From: Waterburya sp.
GTDB lineage: Bacteria > Cyanobacteriota > Cyanobacteriia > Cyanobacteriales > Xenococcaceae
Direction of reading: 5' to 3'
Assembly (NCBI GenBank): GCA_965217895.1
Contig: CBDCJV010000002.1
Location: 1,120,001 to 1,184,000, forward strand
Length of the DNA: 64,000 bases
The notes beneath the pieces were generated by a model. It did not search any database. It saw only the letters and a program-made list of their open reading frames with translations, and was not told the DNA's origin. The position numbers and the translations under genes were made by a program. Shown one piece after another: positions 1 through 9,680 of the stretch. Every line of letters begins with the position of its first letter. Positions within the stretch are counted from its first letter, which is position 1.

Positions 1-1484
1 CCATGCAGCTAGTCAAAAATTTATTTCTGACTCGTGAACGTACTTTCAGTCGCAAACTGGCAGAAGCAATTTTAGCCATTAGAGTAGAACAAGTATTTTC
101 TAAAGACCAAATTTTAGAAATGTATCTCAATAATATCTATTGGGGACATAACAACTACGGCATTGAAACTGCATCAGAAAGCTATTTCAACAAAAGTGCT
201 TCTGAGTTAAATCTAGCTGAAGCTGCGGTATTGGCGGGCTTAATCCAAGCTCCAGAGCAGTATAGTCCATTTTTAAACTATGCCAATACTAAAGAGAGAC
301 AAAGAGAAGTTTTGGCACGAATGCGGACTTTAAAATGGATTACTTCAGAACAAGAACAGGCTGCTTTTAAAGCCCCCTTACTAATCGGCAGACCCACTGC
401 CTGGAGAAAGAGTAAATCTCCCTTTATCACAGAAGAAGTAATTAAAGAATTAGAAGAGCGTTTTGGTAAAGATAAAGTTCTTCAAGGAGGTATTCGAGTC
501 CAGACCACTATTGACCTAGATTTTCAAAAAATGGCTGAGGAATCTATCAAAGAAAGTCATAATATGTTGGAGCGTTGGGGATTGCGAGCAGATCAGGCTG
601 CTTTAGTAGCGGTAGATCCTCGCACTCATTTTATTAAAGCATTGGTAGGAGGAGTAGATCACGAATCAAGTCAATTTAACCGTGCGGTTCAGTCTCGTAG
701 ACAGCCTGGTTCTTCTTTCAAACCATTTGTTTATTACACTGCTTTGGCAAGTGGTAAATACACCCCGCAAACTATAATTGACGATGCTCCTATAAGCTAT
801 AAAATTCCTGGAGGAATCTACACACCGCAAAATTACGGCGGGAAGACAGATTTTGGAGGCAAGATGTCTCTTTCAAAGGCACTAACTCAATCTCGTAATA
901 TTCCAGCTGTCAAATTAGGTAAAGCTGTAGGCTTAGAAAAAGTAATCGAAGTTTGTCGTCAGCTAGGAATTAAAAGTCCCATGCAGCCTGTAATTTCACT
1001 GCCTCTAGGCTCGATAGGTGTTACTCCCCTAGAAATGGCCGGAGCTTTTGCCACCTTCGCTAATAATGGCTGGAGTTCTGATACGACCGTAATCCTCCAA
1101 GTTACCGATAGTAAAGGCAATATATTACTAGACAATACCCCTAAACCAAAACAAATATTAGATCCTTGGGCAACCGCCAGCTTAAACTCAATGATGCAAG
1201 GAGTTTTAGAACCAGGAGGAACAGGTTCTAAAGCGAATATTGGTCGCCCAGCAGCAGGAAAAACAGGAACTACCTCTTCCGAGCGAGATGTTTGGTTTGT
1301 CGGCTATGTACCACAGTTAGCTGTTGCGGTTTGGGTCGGCAACGATAACTATCAAAGCATGGGTAAGGGAATAACAGGAGGAGATTATGCTGCTCCTGTA
1401 TGGCGTTCTTTTATGTTGAAAGCGTTAAAAGATGAACCTGTTAAATATTTTCCTCCAGCCTCTGAGTTTGATCGACCTCGATAA
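1..1484 (+). CDS. Class A penicillin-binding protein (PBP1A-type transglycosylase/transpeptidase), 5' end outside window
   Basis: Starts within the TG motif (MQLVKN, RKLAE, KDQILEMYLN); TP motifs SSFK, SRN, KTG. Confidence 0.95.
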   Translation, partial: MQLVKNLFLTRERTFSRKLAEAILAIRVEQVFSKDQILEMYLNNIYWGHNNYGIETASESYFNKSASELNLAEAAVLAGLIQAPEQYSPFLNYANTKERQREVLARMRTLKWITSEQEQAAFKAPLLIGRPTAWRKSKSPFITEEVIKELEERFGKDKVLQGGIRVQTTIDLDFQKMAEESIKESHNMLERWGLRADQAALVAVDPRTHFIKALVGGVDHESSQFNRAVQSRRQPGSSFKPFVYYTALASGKYTPQTIIDDAPISYKIPGGIYTPQNYGGKTDFGGKMSLSKALTQSRNIPAVKLGKAVGLEKVIEVCRQLGIKSPMQPVISLPLGSIGVTPLEMAGAFATFANNGWSSDTTVILQVTDSKGNILLDNTPKPKQILDPWATASLNSMMQGVLEPGGTGSKANIGRPAAGKTGTTSSERDVWFVGYVPQLAVAVWVGNDNYQSMGKGITGGDYAAPVWRSFMLKALKDEPVKYFPPASEFDRPR

Positions 1485-1520
1485 AACGATGAACATCTGT
1501 ACTCAAATCTTTATAGAAAT

Positions 1521-1569
1521 AAAACCTCAGTATTTGTTGGCATCGAGGGCGACAAAATACTGAGGTTTT
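1521..1569. terminator. Probable bidirectional intrinsic terminator
   Basis: Perfect 15-bp inverted repeat AAAACCTCAGTATTT / AAATACTGAGGTTTT between convergent genes. Confidence 0.75.
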
Positions 1570-1654
1570 CAGGTTTTAAAGATCAGATTGACGTGATTAA
1601 ACTTCGACTAAAAGCGAAGTCATGAGTCTATTTATTTTCTATGTTCTTAAACTG

Positions 1655-2170
1655 CTAAACTAGACTACAAGAATTACGAAAAAAGGTGCGTAATAAAGCA
1701 GTTGCAGCAACCAGCTTGATTACTTCTAAACTCCAGTAGACTACGTGCATGATTGCCATTGAGCTTGAAGCAGGCTCGCTAGTAGCAAACATATCTAGTG
1801 TCATTCCCATGCTGCTCATCTGGGGTGTAAAAATGTAGGTATAAGCTAGCGAGATTACTAATAAAATAGCTGCAATAAAGATTGATTTGTTGTTGATTTG
1901 GCTTGTTAGACGATAACCGTAACGATAAACCAAACAGCCTGCTAAAACAATTGCTGCGCAAAGTAGTTCTATGTGATTGAAAGTGCCGAAAATCATATAG
2001 CCAGCACTAGCGAAACCTGATTCATTCATCATGCCACTAGTTAGCATTCCTGGAACAATCAAAAAGTCAAAAATCAAACTACCACTAAGCCAAAATCCTA
2101 AAGCAAACATAATTACTGTTGACCAATTTATAGGCTTAGAAATGCGAGAGGAAGAAGCTTCCATAATCAA
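1655..2170 (-). CDS. DUF4149-like 4-TM membrane protein
   Basis: Four hydrophobic helices; GFWLSGS..D..I.P and FNHIEL pattern of the cyanobacterial family. Confidence 0.7.
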   Translation of the reverse strand: MIMEASSSRISKPINWSTVIMFALGFWLSGSLIFDFLIVPGMLTSGMMNESGFASAGYMIFGTFNHIELLCAAIVLAGCLVYRYGYRLTSQINNKSIFIAAILLVISLAYTYIFTPQMSSMGMTLDMFATSEPASSSMAIMHVVYWSLEVIKLVAATALLRTFFRNSCSLV

Positions 2171-2243
2171 GATAAAAAATATAATTACTTATCTAGCTTA
2201 ACTAATAACTTTCCTGCATCGTATAACAAAAAGTAAAGTCTTT

Positions 2244-2840
2244 TTAAGTTGAGTATTGCTGGACTTCTTTGATGGAAAATAAAGCCTGAAATTTAATTCC
2301 TTGAGATTGATAAAGTTCTCTTCCTCCTTGTTCGCGATCTACTAAAGCCATAATTTGGGTAACATAATATCCCGCGTCCTGCAATCTTTTTACCGCAGTT
2401 AATGCTGAACTTCCTGTAGTTACAACATCTTCTAGAACGACCACTTTTGAGTTTTCCGCTAAAGAAGGGCCTTCTATATAAGCTTTTGTACCGTGTCCTT
2501 TAGGTTCTTTACGAATTATCAATGCAGGAAGAGAAGCATTTTCCCAAGCAGAGACAACACTAACTGCTGACACCATAGGGTCTGCACCGAGAGTAAGACC
2601 TGCTACTGCTGCTGTGTTTTTAGGTAATAATTGGAACAATAAACGACCCAAAGCCAACGCGCCTTCTGCTCTTAGAGTCACTTGTTTACAATTTATATAG
2701 TAAGAGCTTTTAGCTCCTGAAGAAAGCACAAAATCTCCTTCGACATAAGCATATTTAACAATTAAATCCAAAAGCACTTGTCTAAGAGAATCGATATTAG
2801 CCGTAGCCAAAAAGGAATTAGAAGTCTGGTTAGTATTCAT
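2244..2840 (-). CDS. pyrE: Orotate phosphoribosyltransferase
   Basis: FVLSSGAKSSYY, RKEPKGHG loop, PRPP-binding VLEDVVTTG. Confidence 0.97.
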   Translation of the reverse strand: MNTNQTSNSFLATANIDSLRQVLLDLIVKYAYVEGDFVLSSGAKSSYYINCKQVTLRAEGALALGRLLFQLLPKNTAAVAGLTLGADPMVSAVSVVSAWENASLPALIIRKEPKGHGTKAYIEGPSLAENSKVVVLEDVVTTGSSALTAVKRLQDAGYYVTQIMALVDREQGGRELYQSQGIKFQALFSIKEVQQYST

Positions 2841-3040
2841 AGGTAATGAGGTGGAAAAGATTTATATGGACTGTTCTTTCAGGAAATCTTCGGCTAGGAT
2901 TGAGCAGAAGTTACAGTTAACTCTGCCGTTAAACAGCAGGGTTATGATTTGTATTCTTTTGTCCTTAAAAGATAAATAGAGTCAAACTTTTACTGTGAAC
3001 GTTGGTTAATTCACAAAATACACAAAATATAAGTAAAGTA

Positions 3041-3400
3041 ATGTCTATTAAGTTTACTAAACTAAGTGCAATCTTAGTAATAGCAGCTATTGCTAGTTTA
3101 TTTTCTATTGAAGCTAAAGCAGAAATGAAACCTCTTGATCGAGCATTTGAAGATGCTTATTTTAAAAAGGGTAAAAATGCTTTTACACAAAGCAGTATTT
3201 TTGGTCAAGCAAATTCTATTTTTGGCTTTACGGGATTTGCAGATCAGCATATCTCAGCCGATGGTAAAGCGGTAGATAATGTTTATAAACAAGGTATGAA
3301 AGCACAGTCAGGGACGGGAATGCGGATGGTAACTAGAGATTTAGTAAATCCCTATGATACTTCTTTGCGTGAAATTCCAAGCTACAGTGCGATCAAATAA
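3041..3400 (+). CDS. Hypothetical exported protein
   Basis: Signal-peptide-like N-terminus ending AKA; ATG at 3041 preferred over the TTG at 3002. Confidence 0.65.
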   Translation: MSIKFTKLSAILVIAAIASLFSIEAKAEMKPLDRAFEDAYFKKGKNAFTQSSIFGQANSIFGFTGFADQHISADGKAVDNVYKQGMKAQSGTGMRMVTRDLVNPYDTSLREIPSYSAIK

Positions 3401-3504
3401 ATAAAGCTTTTAGGTTTTAGGTTTTAGTAAGGATAAAAATTGGTTAGAAAAAAGAATACTTTCCTTGACCTAATTTTTTCTTTATCTTTCATCCCTTTAA
3501 AAAG

Positions 3505-3577
3505 TCCAGGGTGCAGGAGTTGAACCTGCCTTGCACAAATTATGAGTTTGTTGCCTAAACCGCTCGGCCAACCCTGG
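3505..3577 (-). tRNA. tRNA with CAT anticodon, probably tRNA-Ile2 (lysidine-modified) rather than elongator Met
   Basis: Reverse complement folds as a cloverleaf: acceptor CCAGGGT/ACCCTGG plus A discriminator, D-arm TGGCCGAGCGG, anticodon loop CTCATAA, T-loop GTTCAA; no encoded CCA. Confidence 0.92.
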
Positions 3578-3649
3578 ATATCCATTTTTCTCACGTAGAC
3601 CATTATATTAGTAAGTCTAGTATCTTTGACAACCTATAGCAAAAAAATC

Positions 3650-3657
3650 GCGATCGC
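3650..3657. repeat. HIP1 octamer GCGATCGC (example; dozens of copies across the window, e.g. 21877-21884)
   Basis: Palindrome visibly over-represented in an AT-rich sequence; hallmark of many cyanobacteria. Confidence 0.95.
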
Positions 3658-3909
3658 ATGAAAATAAGAGTAAATTTTTGGTTAACCATATGTTTATTTC
3701 TGATGATGGTCTTAGCTGGTGTCGCTAGTTCTTATGTTGGCTATTTTATGGGCAGTGAGGCTTTAAAAGTAGTAACTCAGCCAGATATTAATACTGAAGA
3801 CAGCAATCGTAATCAAGATCCTGCTGGTGGTGAATATAAAGGTCTTAAGATTATGAAAGAAAAAGATATTTTAGTTAAGGTATATAATCGGGTTAACCAT
3901 AAAAATTAA
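3658..3909 (+). CDS. Small hypothetical membrane-anchored protein
   Basis: N-terminal TM then GSEALKVVTQPD; directly upstream of the CorC-family gene. Confidence 0.65.
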   Translation: MKIRVNFWLTICLFLMMVLAGVASSYVGYFMGSEALKVVTQPDINTEDSNRNQDPAGGEYKGLKIMKEKDILVKVYNRVNHKN

Positions 3910-3969
3910 GTGATGAGAGAACTATTGAGGAAATGGGAGCTAGTGTCAACACCCACCATTAGTTAACCA

Positions 3970-5289
3970 ATGGCTGATAAAAATTTATTGTTGACTTTTG
4001 TTGGTGTTTTCTTGCTCATTGCGATCAATGCCTTTTTTGTCACCGCAGAGTTTTCAATTGTTTCGGTTCGTCGTTCTCGGATCAGCAAACTAGTCAAAGA
4101 TGGAGATACCCAGGCTCAAACCGTACAGTCTCTCCAGAGAAGCATAGATCGGCTTTTGTCTACTACTCAATTGGGTATTACTCTTTCTAGTCTGGCTTTA
4201 GGCTGGGTAGGAGAAAGAACGGTTGCAGCGTCCATTATTACTATAACTGAAAGTCTCTCTCTGCCAGCTTACTTAGCAGAAATAATCTCTACCACTGCTG
4301 CTTTACCTCTATCTTTTATTCTCTTGGCATATTTACAAATAGTGCTAGGTGAGCTATGTCCTAAGTCTGTAGCTCTAATGTATCCTGAAAAGCTGTCTCG
4401 GTTTTTTGGACCTCCTAGCGTAGTCATCGCCCGTATTTTCCGCCCTTTTGTGGCTATTTTAAATTTATCTACTCGCTTACTGCTTAAGTTAGTAGGAGTA
4501 AACTATAGTGGCAGAAGCTGGTATGAACAAGTTACCTCAGAAGAGTTACAGCTAATCATCGCTACGGAGAGAGAGTCGGTTGACTTAAAAGCAGCAGAAA
4601 GACAGCTACTTAAAAACGTCTTTGAATTTCGGGATGATACCGCCGAAGAAGTTATGATTCCCCGTACTGATATTCACTTTCTCACTTTGACTACTACTTT
4701 TAGTGAATTACTCCAGACAATTGTTGAGACAGGCTATTCAGGTTATCCCGTTATCGGTGATTCTTTAGATGATATCAAGGGCATTATCCACTACAAAAAA
4801 TTAGCCAAACCTTTGGCACAAGGAAAGCTAGACAAGGATTCTACAATTGAGCCTTGGATTGAACCAGTAAGTTTTATTCCTGAGTCTACTTCTCTAAATG
4901 AACTTTTAGCTTCAATGCAGCGATCGCATCATAAAATGGCAGTAGTTATTGATGAGTTTGGGGGAACTTCTGGCTTAATTACTCTCCATGACTTAGTTGC
5001 TGAGATTGTAGGCGATGCTGGTAATGACCCCGAAACCAGAATCGAACCGATTCAAAAGTTGGATGATAATACTTTTCTCGTTTCAGCGCAAATGAATTTA
5101 GAAGAAGTCAACGAACAGCTAGAGCTAAATCTTCCTTTAGCAAACAATTACAATACCCTGGGAGGATTTTTATTAGAGCAATGGCAAAAAATTCCCCAGC
5201 AGGGAGAAAAGCTGGAGTATGAAAACCTAAGCTTTACTGTGACTGCTGCTGATAGTAATCGGCTTTATCAAATCTTGATTAATCAGTGA
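3970..5289 (+). CDS. Hemolysin/CNNM-CorB family transporter (DUF21-CBS-CBS-CorC)
   Basis: NAFFVTAEFS, QLGITLSSL, GELCPK, VMIPR, VIDEFGGTSG, TLGGF. Confidence 0.93.
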   Translation: MADKNLLLTFVGVFLLIAINAFFVTAEFSIVSVRRSRISKLVKDGDTQAQTVQSLQRSIDRLLSTTQLGITLSSLALGWVGERTVAASIITITESLSLPAYLAEIISTTAALPLSFILLAYLQIVLGELCPKSVALMYPEKLSRFFGPPSVVIARIFRPFVAILNLSTRLLLKLVGVNYSGRSWYEQVTSEELQLIIATERESVDLKAAERQLLKNVFEFRDDTAEEVMIPRTDIHFLTLTTTFSELLQTIVETGYSGYPVIGDSLDDIKGIIHYKKLAKPLAQGKLDKDSTIEPWIEPVSFIPESTSLNELLASMQRSHHKMAVVIDEFGGTSGLITLHDLVAEIVGDAGNDPETRIEPIQKLDDNTFLVSAQMNLEEVNEQLELNLPLANNYNTLGGFLLEQWQKIPQQGEKLEYENLSFTVTAADSNRLYQILINQ

Positions 5290-5348
5290 TGCCAAATGCG
5301 AATGAACGGCGAGAAAAAACTTGTTCGTTTATTTAGATACAATAAAAA

Positions 5349-5780
5349 TTACCGATCTTCTTCCCAATCAGGACAACTATCATCCTCCCAACCTGAGGGG
5401 TGCATGGCACAAACTAGCAAGTTGCCATTGTAGCTTTGACCATGGTAGTTAACACAATTAATGCAGGCAGGATTGTTTTGAGCAGAGGGAGCGTGATAAT
5501 CGACGTTAGTAAAGTCATCATCAATAAAATCTTCCCAGTTTTCTCCCAAAGCAGCATCAATTTCTTCACTAGTAACAATCAGCGCGTCAACTAAATCCTC
5601 TAACAGGCTGTCAACTTCTTCGATAATTCCCGATTGAAACTGTTCAAAAAAAGAGCCTAAATTCTCGCTGACTTCTTCCACAACAGATTCTGTGGTTTGG
5701 GCTACATCCACCCAAAATTCTTCCACCTCAGCCGTAGTTTTTTCAATCTGCTTCCACCACTGCTTTTGCCAGTCATCCAT
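5349..5780 (-). CDS. Acidic hypothetical protein with C-terminal Cys/His motif
   Basis: D/E-rich helical region followed by PACINCVNYHG...LVCAMHP...CPDW. Confidence 0.75.
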   Translation of the reverse strand: MDDWQKQWWKQIEKTTAEVEEFWVDVAQTTESVVEEVSENLGSFFEQFQSGIIEEVDSLLEDLVDALIVTSEEIDAALGENWEDFIDDDFTNVDYHAPSAQNNPACINCVNYHGQSYNGNLLVCAMHPSGWEDDSCPDWEEDR

Positions 5781-5831
5781 AGTTAATAATTAATTTAAAT
5801 AAATATTGTTCTGTCAGAATAGCCTATTCTG

Positions 5832-6215
5832 CTACGTCTCTTTTTTCAAACGTCGTAATTCTTCTTGTAATGATTTTACTTGTTGGCGCAGTTTTTGCTG
5901 GCGCAGATCTTCTTTGCTCATACTTTCAGATTGCTCCTCACCTTCGTCCACAATCTCAATCCGACGAGGTTCTCTTTGGTCTGATTTATTACTACCATCA
6001 GAAACCTTTCCCTGTTGAGCCTGCTCGACCATTTCATCAACAAACTTACGAGCTTCTTCGGTACTCATTTCACCGCGCTCAGCCATTTCTTCTGCAAGCT
6101 TCTGTGCTTGAACTCTTAAATCTTTTAATGTATCATTGGCTTTTTCTTGAGCATAAGAAGCAAAACCCACACCCATGTAAAAAGCTTTTTTTGCAATATC
6201 TTCAAAACCTGCCAT
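5832..6215 (-). CDS. Phasin-family (PHA-granule-associated-like) coiled-coil protein
   Basis: KAFYMGVG...EKA...ERGEMSTEEARKFVDEM pattern. Confidence 0.75.
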   Translation of the reverse strand: MAGFEDIAKKAFYMGVGFASYAQEKANDTLKDLRVQAQKLAEEMAERGEMSTEEARKFVDEMVEQAQQGKVSDGSNKSDQREPRRIEIVDEGEEQSESMSKEDLRQQKLRQQVKSLQEELRRLKKET

Positions 6216-6370
6216 ATTTAGCTTGTCTCCAAATTTCTGACAACTTACTTTTTAGTGTATATCATCAAATAAATAGCTGAACCATAGGAAAAGTTCGGAA
6301 TTCCGCATTGACGATAATGTAAGACCAAATAAGTAATAGCTATAGTCGGCTAAAGTTTGGTTTTTAAGCT

Positions 6371-6655
6371 TTACACGACAAATTGAATATCTGGTAATAA
6401 TGGATCTTTGACAATGCCAAAACCAGAATAGCCCCAACGTTGCTTTAATCCTATAAGCTGAGTTGGAGATGCTGTTTCTACGGCAAGGTAATTTTTATAT
6501 TCTTGACCGTGGGCATTAATATAGCTAAGTGCATCATAATCGTAATTAAATACCAGTAAATAGCTAATCTCTGCTCCATTTTGGTCTGGCAAACGAGCGA
6601 CCAAATATTTACCATCTTTTTTTGAACGAATTAAATAATTTATTTGTAGTAACAT
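6371..6655 (-). CDS. Conserved hypothetical protein
   Basis: YLIRSKKDGKYL...YLLVF...ALSY...RWGY.G.G; 2 nt downstream of the permease. Confidence 0.7.
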   Translation of the reverse strand: MLLQINYLIRSKKDGKYLVARLPDQNGAEISYLLVFNYDYDALSYINAHGQEYKNYLAVETASPTQLIGLKQRWGYSGFGIVKDPLLPDIQFVV

Positions 6656-6657
6656 TC

Positions 6658-7707
6658 TTACTTCAAGTCTGCCAATTTTATTTTAGGATCTACCGCTTTT
6701 AAAAGTAAGTCTGCTAATAAATTACCAATAATTAACATAGCTGCTCCCATCATCAAACTCGCCATTACTAAATACTTATCTTGAGCCTGAACCGCCTGTA
6801 AAGTCAAGCGACCTAAACCAGGCCAGTTGAAGAAAAACTCGGCAATAAATGAACCACTAAGTAAACTGGCAAATTCAAAGCCAACAAGAGTAATTAGAGG
6901 ATTAATGGCGTTTCGCAGCGCATGAACATAAATAACCTTATTTTCTGGCAAACCTTTGGCGCGAGCCGTCTGAATATAGTCTTGTCGCAGCACGTCCAAT
7001 AGCTGTCCTCTAGTTAAACGCTGTAGTCCAGCAAAACTAGTGATGCTCAAGGCAATAGTAGGTAAGATCATGTGCCAGCCAATATCGAAGATCTTGCCCA
7101 AAAAAGATAGTTGGTCATGATTGATACTGGTCATGCCGCCTACGGGAAATAAAGGAGACAAAAACTGAGCAATAATCAAAAATATTAAGGCTGTGATAAA
7201 GCTAGGAAACCCTTGCCCAAAGTAACTTAATACCCGTAACACTTTGTCGATTGCCGTATTTTGCTTGACCGCACTCAAAATTCCTAAAGGAATGGCGATC
7301 GCCCAAGTGACAATAATTGATGCCACGGCTAATAAAAGAGTGGCAGGTATACGTTCAAATAACAAAGATTTAACTGAACGAAAATAGACAAAGCTTTCAC
7401 CAAAATCAAACTGAGTGACCACTCGCCACAGCCAACGACCATACTGAACTATGGCTGGCTTGTCTAGCCCAAACTGCTTAGTGAGTTCAGCAATACGCTC
7501 TTGAGTAATTTGGGGATCTTGTTTAAGAATATCTAAATAGTCTCCTGGTGCTAACTCTGTAATTGCAAAGCACAGAGCAGAAGCCAGAAGTAAAGTTAAT
7601 ACTGCTTGCAGCAGCCTTTTAAAGATATATAGGCTAGTTTCGCTATAGATAAAATTTGGGAATAAAGATAATGGCGATCGCCTAGGGACATGATTACTTT
7701 GAGCCAT
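6658..7707 (-). CDS. Peptide/nickel ABC transporter permease (DppB/OppB family)
   Basis: APGD, FGLDKP, DFGES, EAA-loop DYIQTARAKGLPE, E.FFNWPGLG. Confidence 0.93.
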   Translation of the reverse strand: MAQSNHVPRRSPLSLFPNFIYSETSLYIFKRLLQAVLTLLLASALCFAITELAPGDYLDILKQDPQITQERIAELTKQFGLDKPAIVQYGRWLWRVVTQFDFGESFVYFRSVKSLLFERIPATLLLAVASIIVTWAIAIPLGILSAVKQNTAIDKVLRVLSYFGQGFPSFITALIFLIIAQFLSPLFPVGGMTSINHDQLSFLGKIFDIGWHMILPTIALSITSFAGLQRLTRGQLLDVLRQDYIQTARAKGLPENKVIYVHALRNAINPLITLVGFEFASLLSGSFIAEFFFNWPGLGRLTLQAVQAQDKYLVMASLMMGAAMLIIGNLLADLLLKAVDPKIKLADLK

Positions 7708-7751
7708 AGATTTTTAATTAATCCATCACTACAACAATAGCTGGTTAGCAA

Positions 7752-8468
7752 CTAAGCTAAATAGGCTGCAATCCAAAATAAGCTGTCAACTAAAATGGTG
7801 CTTAAGACTGCTCCAGCAAACGCCCACCAGTGTAACTCCATTTTCTTTAAAGACCACCAGCTAACTGCCAGAAGGATATTGACCAGCACGATTGCCCAAC
7901 TTATACCCCAAAGGGTTTGCACCTGAGTTAAGGCTGCCTTAAATATGGGTGAAGCTAAAGCTGGATCTAAATCTACGGTCATTAGCTCGCGCCAGTAGGG
8001 AATGACGTTAACTAGATAAAAATATATATCAGTAATAGCTGTACCTAACAAAGAGCCTAGATAGAAAAAATTGCCAATTTTTCCCCACCCTCGCCAAATA
8101 CACCACAGAGCAAAAGGCAAACCAATAGCTTCAATAGGAAGATGAATTAAAGGCTCGAACCTCAGCCAACCCCAATAAATTGACCCTGCTAACCAACTCC
8201 AGCTAAAGCCGAGGATGATATCTCCCCACCAGCGACTTTGGGGACGCTGATAGAGAAACCAGCCTAATCCAACCCAGAAAAAAGTCAGTAGTAAACTAAT
8301 TTCAGGAAATAGTCTCACAATTGGAGCTTGAAAAAAAACTGGTACTGAAACTAAAAACGAAGCAGTAAAAAATACTCGCCATGCTCTACGCTCCTGATTT
8401 TGTACAGTTAAGCCGAGGATATTAGATGAGTTTAAAGAGGAGCGATCTGAACTAGAAGAGGATATCAC
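7752..8468 (-). CDS. DUF3120-like multi-TM protein
   Basis: FLVSVPVFFQAP, SWSWLAGSIYWGWLR, HLPIEAIGLP. Confidence 0.8.
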   Translation of the reverse strand: MISSSSSDRSSLNSSNILGLTVQNQERRAWRVFFTASFLVSVPVFFQAPIVRLFPEISLLLTFFWVGLGWFLYQRPQSRWWGDIILGFSWSWLAGSIYWGWLRFEPLIHLPIEAIGLPFALWCIWRGWGKIGNFFYLGSLLGTAITDIYFYLVNVIPYWRELMTVDLDPALASPIFKAALTQVQTLWGISWAIVLVNILLAVSWWSLKKMELHWWAFAGAVLSTILVDSLFWIAAYLA

Positions 8469-8711
8469 AGGTAAAAAATAAGTTGCTGGAGTGGACTATT
8501 TCTGATTTTCGTTACGTATATTTACTTTTATTAAAATAACACATTTCTTAATAAAAATGCTGGGGGGGGGGATTAAATTTAAACAAATTTAAGCTTAAAT
8601 ATAATGTTATTATTAATATTAAAAATTAATTTCAAATATTAGGGTTGGGTGAGGTAGTCTAAATAACCTTGCTCTCAATTTCTAAACTATTCAACAGAGG
8701 AAGCAAGAGAA

Positions 8712-8996
8712 ATGTCGATTTATGTCGGTAATCTTAATTATGAGGTTACACCAGAAGACTTACAGTCAGTTTTTGGCGAATATGGGTCTGTCAAGCGCGT
8801 TCATCTTCCCTCAGACCGCGAAACAGGTCGCAAACGAGGTTTTGGCTTTGTAGAGATGGAGACAGACGACCAAGAAACAGCAGCTATTAACACCCTTGAT
8901 GGGGCAGAATGGATGGGGCGTACTTTAAAGGTTAATAAAGCTAGACCTAGAGAATCTAGCGGTAATAATGGTGGTACTCGCAGATTTTCCAATTAA
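8712..8996 (+). CDS. rbp: RRM RNA-binding protein (Rbp family)
   Basis: RNP2 IYVGNL, RNP1 RGFGFVEM, LKVNKARPR. Confidence 0.95.
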   Translation: MSIYVGNLNYEVTPEDLQSVFGEYGSVKRVHLPSDRETGRKRGFGFVEMETDDQETAAINTLDGAEWMGRTLKVNKARPRESSGNNGGTRRFSN

Positions 8997-9293
8997 GGTC
9001 TTTGGCTTTTTTGCGTCTGTATAACTAATTAGTCAACAAGATGTATGGGAAAATCCTCGTATTTAAATTCTTTTTGCTGTCTAAAATTTACTGTAGTAGC
9101 TTGTTTATCTTAAGCTTATTTTAAGATTTGTCCTACTTTTCTTGTATTATAAAATGCTCGACGACTGTTTTAGTCTTAAAGAAGCTACCGCTTATCGCGA
9201 AGCGAAGGCGTGTAAAGTATATCGCTTTGTAGAACATTACTCTTAGTTTATCTTGGCAATTTTGCTTTAAATTAATTATTAAGCCATTCAGCT

Positions 9294-9536
9294 TTAACAA
9301 CGATTAGAAGCATCATGACGGCAGTGGTCGAGATTTTGAATTACAGACTTTCCTCTGTCTATGGCAATTTGCAACGTCGCATAAATTCCTTCAAAACTAA
9401 TAATTGTTCGATCTTGCTCAATAATACTCAATTGATATGAATTTCCTGAGCAATGACAGACAATCAAACTATAGCCATCAATACCCAGTAATGCTTGAAT
9501 TTTCATGACGATTAAAAATGTAGTTTTACTTCCCAA
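9294..9536 (-). CDS. Small hypothetical protein (true start probably the internal MKIQ)
   Basis: Plausible composition, isolated ORF; no recognisable family. Confidence 0.45.
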   Translation of the reverse strand: MGSKTTFLIVMKIQALLGIDGYSLIVCHCSGNSYQLSIIEQDRTIISFEGIYATLQIAIDRGKSVIQNLDHCRHDASNRC

Positions 9537-9680
9537 CTAATCGTCTTTTATAACTCTAGTTTGTTATTTGTTCAACTTAATTTGAATTAGTTTTTACATC
9601 AACTAAAAGTGTTACAAAATTAAACCGCTTAAAATAAATTGAAATTCAAAAAAAGCTGATTCAATTTTTAATTTAGTATT

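Noticed and set aside
3505..3577. tRNA as an integration site for a genomic island
   Set aside because: No integrase and no duplicated tRNA 3' end seen; the flanking genes look like core genes
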